Positions 59,255-64,000 of a stretch of 64,000 bases of DNA are shown here, piece after piece. The stretch's first letter is position 1. Each line of letters starts with the position of its first letter. Position numbers and translations under genes: made by a program. Origin of the DNA: Thermoproteota archaeon (lineage in GTDB: Archaea; Thermoproteota; Thermoprotei; Gearchaeales; Gearchaeaceae); NCBI GenBank assembly GCA_032249235.1, contig JAVVGF010000004.1, positions 32,001-96,000 on the forward strand, written 5' to 3'. A model generated the notes under the pieces. That model saw only the letters and a program-made list of their open reading frames with translations. It was not told where the DNA came from and ran no database searches.

Positions 59255-59710
59255 ATGAAAGCAATAAAAGTTGAAAAAGAAGCATGGGATTTGTTTTTCG
59301 AGCTTCTTGATGATTTAGCAAACAATAACTTATCATACATGAACAGGTATCCTGAACCTGTAGGCGAAATGAGATATCGAGACGTATTGAAGAAAGCATT
59401 CCTTGATACAGGTAAATGTCTTGCTATAATATGGCTCATCTTCGAGAACGGTCTAAAAAAGACTTATTCTTTTTTGATTGAAGCAGACATAGAGGAAGGA
59501 GAATTCAGCAATATTGCTGCTCTACCTGGTAAAGTTAGAGCAAATGTAATTGAAGAATTAGGCGATGAGAAAACGATAAAAATATATCGCGAGTCAAAAT
59601 TTTCGAACGGTAATGAAATCGTAAGATATCTAGAACTTGTAGGTAACAAATACAGAGAAAGAGAATTATATATTACGATGAAGAATGCTTTAAAAGAAGA
59701 GTTATTTTAA
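59255..59710 (+). CDS. Hypothetical protein
   Basis: 151-aa ORF with upstream TATA; stop overlaps the next ATG (TAATG). Confidence 0.7.
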   Translation: MKAIKVEKEAWDLFFELLDDLANNNLSYMNRYPEPVGEMRYRDVLKKAFLDTGKCLAIIWLIFENGLKKTYSFLIEADIEEGEFSNIAALPGKVRANVIEELGDEKTIKIYRESKFSNGNEIVRYLELVGNKYRERELYITMKNALKEELF

Positions 59711-60360
59711 TGGATGTCAAGGCTATAGCTATCGATGTTGATGGTGTAATAACAAAGTTAGAAAGTGCTTGGAAGTACATTCATGAAAGATTAAATCTTT
59801 TAGACAAGGCTAAAATCAATGCAGAGCTCTTCCATAAAAAGAAAATTTCCTATAAAAAATGGGCTGAATTAGATGTTGCATTATGGAAAGGGATCAGCAA
59901 AGAAGAATTCTACAATCTTTTGAAAGAAGTGGAAATAAGAAAAGGATGCGTTGAATTCTTTTCATTCCTAAAAGAGAATAATATAAAAATATTCGCAATA
60001 AGTGGAGGCTTAACTCCTTTATTGGAGATCTTATCTGAGAAATTGCATTTTGACCGGTATATCGCTAATGATATAATTTTTGAAAATGGCATAATAAATG
60101 GAAAGTTTAGAATTAACGTTTCCCCTAAAAATAAAGGTTTGATACTCTCTCGTTTTTTAAAAGAATTCAACATAAAATCTTCTCAATGCATAGGAATAGG
60201 AGATAGCGAGTTCGATATACCTATGTTAAAATATTGCGGGTATAAAATAGCCTTTAATCCTAAGAAGATTGAATTGATAAGAATTTCAGACGAAGTAATA
60301 TTTTCAGATACCTTCTATGACTTATTTGAAAGATTTAAGAAGTTGCTTGGGTTTTCTTAA
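59710..60360 (+). CDS. HAD-family phosphatase (phosphoserine phosphatase-like)
   Basis: D.DG motif I, ISGG, K, GDS..D, IAFNP. Confidence 0.88.
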   Translation: MDVKAIAIDVDGVITKLESAWKYIHERLNLLDKAKINAELFHKKKISYKKWAELDVALWKGISKEEFYNLLKEVEIRKGCVEFFSFLKENNIKIFAISGGLTPLLEILSEKLHFDRYIANDIIFENGIINGKFRINVSPKNKGLILSRFLKEFNIKSSQCIGIGDSEFDIPMLKYCGYKIAFNPKKIELIRISDEVIFSDTFYDLFERFKKLLGFS

Positions 60361-60853
60361 TTATCCTTATTCTTGTTTTAACAGATAATTTAGATGCAGC
60401 TCTTTTAAGTGCAAGCTTAGCTATATCTATTGATTCCTCTCCACATTCAAGAAACATTATTCTATCGCCTTTTTTAACTATAGCAGCTGTACCTATTGGT
60501 TTTCCAAATGCAAGTCTCATCCCTTCTTGTAATCTATCAGCGCCTGCCATTGCAAGCATTTTATTTTCCCTTAATACATGGAAAGGATATTTTACTACTT
60601 TGAGATGGTAATTGTCAATACCTACTTTTTCTTCAATCGTCTTTGTAGCTATAATACGTGAGGCATCTAAAGCATTATGCCTTATCAATCCATCCTCTAA
60701 TGCATATAACTCTAGCCTAACTGGAAATTCTTTCTTCAAATTACCATAATCAAATTTCGTTATCTTAGGTGGAGGGAAACCTGCAATATACTCTTTTCTA
60801 GTATAAGGCATTGTATCTAATTTACTGTAACATCTACCAGGTCTTAGAGGCAT
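60335..60853 (-). CDS. rpl10e: 50S ribosomal protein uL16 (L10e)
   Basis: MPLRPGRCY, RENKM...AGADRLQ.GMR.AFGKP. Confidence 0.97.
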   Translation of the reverse strand: MPLRPGRCYSKLDTMPYTRKEYIAGFPPPKITKFDYGNLKKEFPVRLELYALEDGLIRHNALDASRIIATKTIEEKVGIDNYHLKVVKYPFHVLRENKMLAMAGADRLQEGMRLAFGKPIGTAAIVKKGDRIMFLECGEESIDIAKLALKRAASKLSVKTRIRIIKKTQATS

Positions 60854-60898
60854 ACTTCTTTTATATACAACTTCTAATATAAATTCATTGATCGTCTT

Positions 60899-61591
60899 GT
60901 GAGGATAGTTTTAGTTGAACCATCATATGAGATAAATATTGGTTTCGTTGCTAGGTGTATGAAGAATTTTGGCTTCAAAGAACTTTATATCGTGAATCCT
61001 GAAAGCTTCGGTGACTTGGCTATTAAGTTTTCAGCTCATGCTTCAGATATATTAAAAAATGCTGTCATATGTAAAGACTTGAAAGAAGCAATAAAAGATG
61101 TGGATCTCGTAATAGGTACTACATCAAATATAGGTAATGATAGAAATCTTCGCAGGATTGCAATACCTATAACTGAAATAAGACCAGTTGCAGAAAAAAA
61201 TAAGGTAGCTGTTCTTTTCGGAAATGAGAGAACAGGATTAAAGAATGAGCAAATCGACTTATGTGATATCTTAGTTTACATACCTACTTCTGATGAATAT
61301 CCTTCATTAAATCTCTCGCATGCTGTAGCTATTTTCTTGTATGAAATGAGGAGGGATGAGAAAATAAGAACAATTAAATATGAGATTGCTAGCAAGGAAG
61401 ATAAAGAATTCATAATGAAGTTCGTTGAAGAATTACTAATTAAAAGTGGTTTGAGAGGAATAAAATTACAACATAGTCTTCTTATATTCAAAAGACTTTT
61501 AGATCGAGCATATCTTTCTAAAAGAGAAGCTAAAGCTTTATTAGGTACTTTTTCACGAATGAAGAAGCTAGCTGAAACATGGTCAACATAA
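60899..61591 (+). CDS. trmJ: TrmJ-family tRNA 2'-O-methyltransferase (SPOUT)
   Basis: VLVEP...NIG..AR.MKNFG, FG.E..GL.N, Y.SLNLSHAV. Confidence 0.9.
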   Translation: MRIVLVEPSYEINIGFVARCMKNFGFKELYIVNPESFGDLAIKFSAHASDILKNAVICKDLKEAIKDVDLVIGTTSNIGNDRNLRRIAIPITEIRPVAEKNKVAVLFGNERTGLKNEQIDLCDILVYIPTSDEYPSLNLSHAVAIFLYEMRRDEKIRTIKYEIASKEDKEFIMKFVEELLIKSGLRGIKLQHSLLIFKRLLDRAYLSKREAKALLGTFSRMKKLAETWST

Positions 61592-62193
61592 AAAAACAGA
61601 TTGCAATATCTTTGAAGGATATAGAAAACAAGGAAAGACCTAATGCGTATCTCGAACAATATGAGTTGGATTCAGAGACCGCTTCAAGATTTTTGCACAA
61701 TGTTTTGATGCATTCTAATTATAAAGAGCTTTTGGATGCAGGTTGCGGCTCAGGTTCTTTGACCTTTGCTTCTTTGCTTGCAGGCTTTGAAAGAATATTA
61801 GCTATAGATATAGATTTTGAAGCTATTAAAAAATTGAAGAAAAATTCAGAAAAATTGGGATTAAAATGGGGGGTTGATATGTTAGTAGCTGATTTCTTAA
61901 GGTTATCGTTAAGTAGAAAAGTTGATGCGATAATTATGAATCCTCCATTCGGTACAAAAAGAAGGCATTATGATAGAGATTTTTTGATCAAAGCTTTTAT
62001 GCTAAGTGATAACGTGTTTTCTCTTCATAAGAAAGGTAATGAAAAATTTTTTGAAAGATTAGCTAAAAAATATAACTTCGAAATGAAGATATTAGAAAGC
62101 TATAGAATAGCTATAAAACATATAATGCCTTTTCATAAAAAATTGAAATATTATGTAGATGTAATACAGCTTTATTTTAAGAAAAATGGATAA
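61579..62193 (+). CDS. METTL5-like SAM-dependent amino-methyltransferase
   Basis: LEQY, DAGCGSG, MNPPFG, SLHK, FH. Confidence 0.88.
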   Translation: MVNIKKQIAISLKDIENKERPNAYLEQYELDSETASRFLHNVLMHSNYKELLDAGCGSGSLTFASLLAGFERILAIDIDFEAIKKLKKNSEKLGLKWGVDMLVADFLRLSLSRKVDAIIMNPPFGTKRRHYDRDFLIKAFMLSDNVFSLHKKGNEKFFERLAKKYNFEMKILESYRIAIKHIMPFHKKLKYYVDVIQLYFKKNG

Positions 62194-62734
62194 GAAAATA
62201 TTCCTTCCAGGGGAATATATCACCACAATAGAAGAATTCTTTGCAGGCTTAGGAGTATTTGAAGAAAAAGGGAAGATTTATGCATGTGCCCCAGGATTGC
62301 TAAAAACAGATTTGAAAGAAAGAAAAGTAGACTTAGAATTAATAAAAAAACCAAAATCTTTTGTTAAGAAAGGAGATGTTGTTATTGCACAAGTTAAAGA
62401 TGTAGGCAGGAATGTTGTTGAATTAACTCTGCTTTATAATGAGACTGAAAAAATTGAAGCAAATATAGAAGCATTCATGCTCATTAAACGTTCAAAAGAA
62501 GCAGCGATGCGTTCAATAAAACCAACAGATATAATAAGAGCTCACGTGCTTGAAGCTGAAGGTAAAATAATCCTTAGCATTAGAGGTAAAGATTTCGGAA
62601 TATTATATGCAGAGTGTCCTTTTTGTTTAAAGCCTCTTTATTATAATGAAAAAGAATACAGTATTTTAAAATGCCTAAATTGCGGGTTTAAAGTTAAAAC
62701 AAAAGTCAGTTCGCTTTATTTAAATAAATATTAG
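62186..62734 (+). CDS. csl4: Exosome RNA-binding cap protein Csl4
   Basis: PGE.I...EEF..G.G, S1 domain, C-terminal CxxC..CxxC ribbon. Confidence 0.9.
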   Translation: MDKKIFLPGEYITTIEEFFAGLGVFEEKGKIYACAPGLLKTDLKERKVDLELIKKPKSFVKKGDVVIAQVKDVGRNVVELTLLYNETEKIEANIEAFMLIKRSKEAAMRSIKPTDIIRAHVLEAEGKIILSIRGKDFGILYAECPFCLKPLYYNEKEYSILKCLNCGFKVKTKVSSLYLNKY

Positions 62735-62752
62735 AGCTGAGAATTCTAAGAT

Positions 62753-63046
62753 ATGGAATTCAATGTGAAAGAAAAAACGAATAATTCAATATTGCTTTCT
62801 TTTAAAGACCTAGATATTGGCTTTTTGAATCTTCTAGCATATGAACTTTTGAAAGATAAACGTGTTTTAAACGCTTATGCTAGGAAGCCACATCCTTTGC
62901 TTGAAGAAGTCGAATTCTATATATTAGTTTCAGAAGGAACAGATATAGTTTCTTTACTTGAAGAGAAAATTAACATCATAAAAAATGAGTTTTCTGAATT
63001 TAAACAAAAATTTTTAGAAAATCTTGAAAAGATTCATAAAGCTTGA
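62753..63046 (+). CDS. rpoL: RNA polymerase subunit Rpo11 (L)
   Basis: NLL..EL, A....PHPL; synteny csl4-rpoL-TFS-PCNA. Confidence 0.85.
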   Translation: MEFNVKEKTNNSILLSFKDLDIGFLNLLAYELLKDKRVLNAYARKPHPLLEEVEFYILVSEGTDIVSLLEEKINIIKNEFSEFKQKFLENLEKIHKA

Positions 63047-63428
63047 AGCAAGAATTGCTTTCATCAATTTAGTTCGCGTAGATAAAAAAAGAATTATGAG
63101 CATGGTAATATACAGAGCAGGCTATATTGAGGATGTTGAGTTTCATGAAATAAAGAACGCTCAAGAGCTTCTCCAGAAAATCGTAAATTCAAGGCATTTC
63201 AAACAAATTAGATACGTAGTAATTAAAGGTAATATTAGCGAAATGTCTGATTCTCTTTTCAACAATTTCCCTTTACCTATTATATACATGAATAAAAAAA
63301 TAAGATTGTACAATTTAACAGAAGAAGAATTCAAAATCATCAATTCAAGGAATTTCTTGAGAGATGGTTTAAATATAAGCAAGATTATCTCTAATCTAAT
63401 TAAGCATTATGATAAGATTTTGCCCTAA
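63024..63428 (+). CDS. Shortened, degenerate DUF99-like protein
   Basis: Position between rpoL and tfs; R.G..E.V, SRH..Q.R.V...G, LP.I resemble DUF99. Confidence 0.5.
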   Translation: MKRFIKLEARIAFINLVRVDKKRIMSMVIYRAGYIEDVEFHEIKNAQELLQKIVNSRHFKQIRYVVIKGNISEMSDSLFNNFPLPIIYMNKKIRLYNLTEEEFKIINSRNFLRDGLNISKIISNLIKHYDKILP

Positions 63429-63735
63429 ATGCGGCAATTTATTAAAGCCTCAGAAAGATAGCAATAAGTTGGTTTGTTTATCATGTGGGTATTATGAATT
63501 AATTCAAAATAAGCTTAGCTTAGCTATAACTACTTCTGTTCAGAAAAAGAAAAAAGAAATCATTATTGATGAAGGTGATAGAGGACATCAAATGCCTACT
63601 GCAGAAGTTACATGCCCTAAATGCGGAAATGAAAAAGCATATTGGTGGTTAGTCCAAACTAGAAGGGCAGATGAGCCTCCTACTACTTTTTATCGTTGCA
63701 CTAAGTGCAATCATACTTGGAGAGATTACAGGTAA
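63409..63735 (+). CDS. tfs: Transcription elongation/cleavage factor TFS
   Basis: Two Zn ribbons; QTRRADEPPT.FY.C..C. Confidence 0.95.
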   Translation: MIRFCPKCGNLLKPQKDSNKLVCLSCGYYELIQNKLSLAITTSVQKKKKEIIIDEGDRGHQMPTAEVTCPKCGNEKAYWWLVQTRRADEPPTTFYRCTKCNHTWRDYR

Positions 63736-63772
63736 ATATTTATGATTTTTTTAATTTAATTATTTGAAGCTT

Positions 63773-64000
63773 ATGTTGAGAATAGAATTTGAAGATGCGA
63801 AGAATTGGCTTGACCTATTAGATGCTATCAGAGATATTGTTGAAGAAGCAGTATTCACAGCTAGCCAAGAAGGTCTCTCTTTGAGAGCTATGGATAGTGC
63901 AAGAGTTGCGATGATAGATCTAAAGCTACCTGTAGTTTATTTTCCAGATTTTAAAATTGAGGAAGAAAAAGTTTCCTTTGCGATCTCAGTCGCTGATATG
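63773..64000 (+). CDS. pcn: PCNA sliding clamp (5' part, runs off the window)
   Basis: Manual translation MLRIEFEDAK...EGLSLRAMDSARVAMIDL. Confidence 0.9.
   Translation, partial: MLRIEFEDAKNWLDLLDAIRDIVEEAVFTASQEGLSLRAMDSARVAMIDLKLPVVYFPDFKIEEEKVSFAISVADM

Noticed and set aside
206-63382. Many 60-170 aa ORF-track entries antisense to or nested in conserved genes (e.g. 206-442, 5535-6038, 20432-20743, 35540-35770, 42757-43161)
   Set aside because: Shadow frames of well-supported genes, with no motifs of their own.

Overview
AT-rich, very compact archaeal chromosome segment. Inferred to be TACK/Thermoproteota-like from unsplit RpoB, split RpoA'/A'', no EF-2 between S7 and EF-1alpha, L30e/L34e/L14e, and a cbf5 intron. 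It is almost all core information-processing genes: the rpoH-B-A'-A''-L30e-nusA-S12-S7-tuf-S10 cluster, the L3-to-secY ribosomal protein superoperon, cbf5, S13/S4/S11, pheST, dnaG, pelota, SRP RNA, TFE, MBF1, NAC, ABCE1, fbp, tpi, csl4-rpoL-TFS-PCNA, and eight tRNAs. No mobile element, CRISPR array or rRNA was seen. The most unusual signals are in small RNAs and ORFs absent from the ORF track: (1) tRNA-Ser(UGA) has a 13-nt bulge-helix-bulge (BHB) intron at position 8/9 that sequesters its own 5' acceptor strand, and the leader carries an exact duplicate of that strand; (2) a 14-nt BHB intron splits the catalytic Asp codon of cbf5; (3) a ~97-nt K-turn RNA with an acceptor-like ...ACCA end lies between pheT and dnaG; (4) rpl37e has ATC where Met1 belongs, in frame with the upstream Sm gene; (5) a 25-aa (EEF)n acidic microprotein gene; (6) other small ORFs, and a degenerate Trm5-like gene that starts on the first base after tRNA-Lys. 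All calls come from manual reading; no searches were run.
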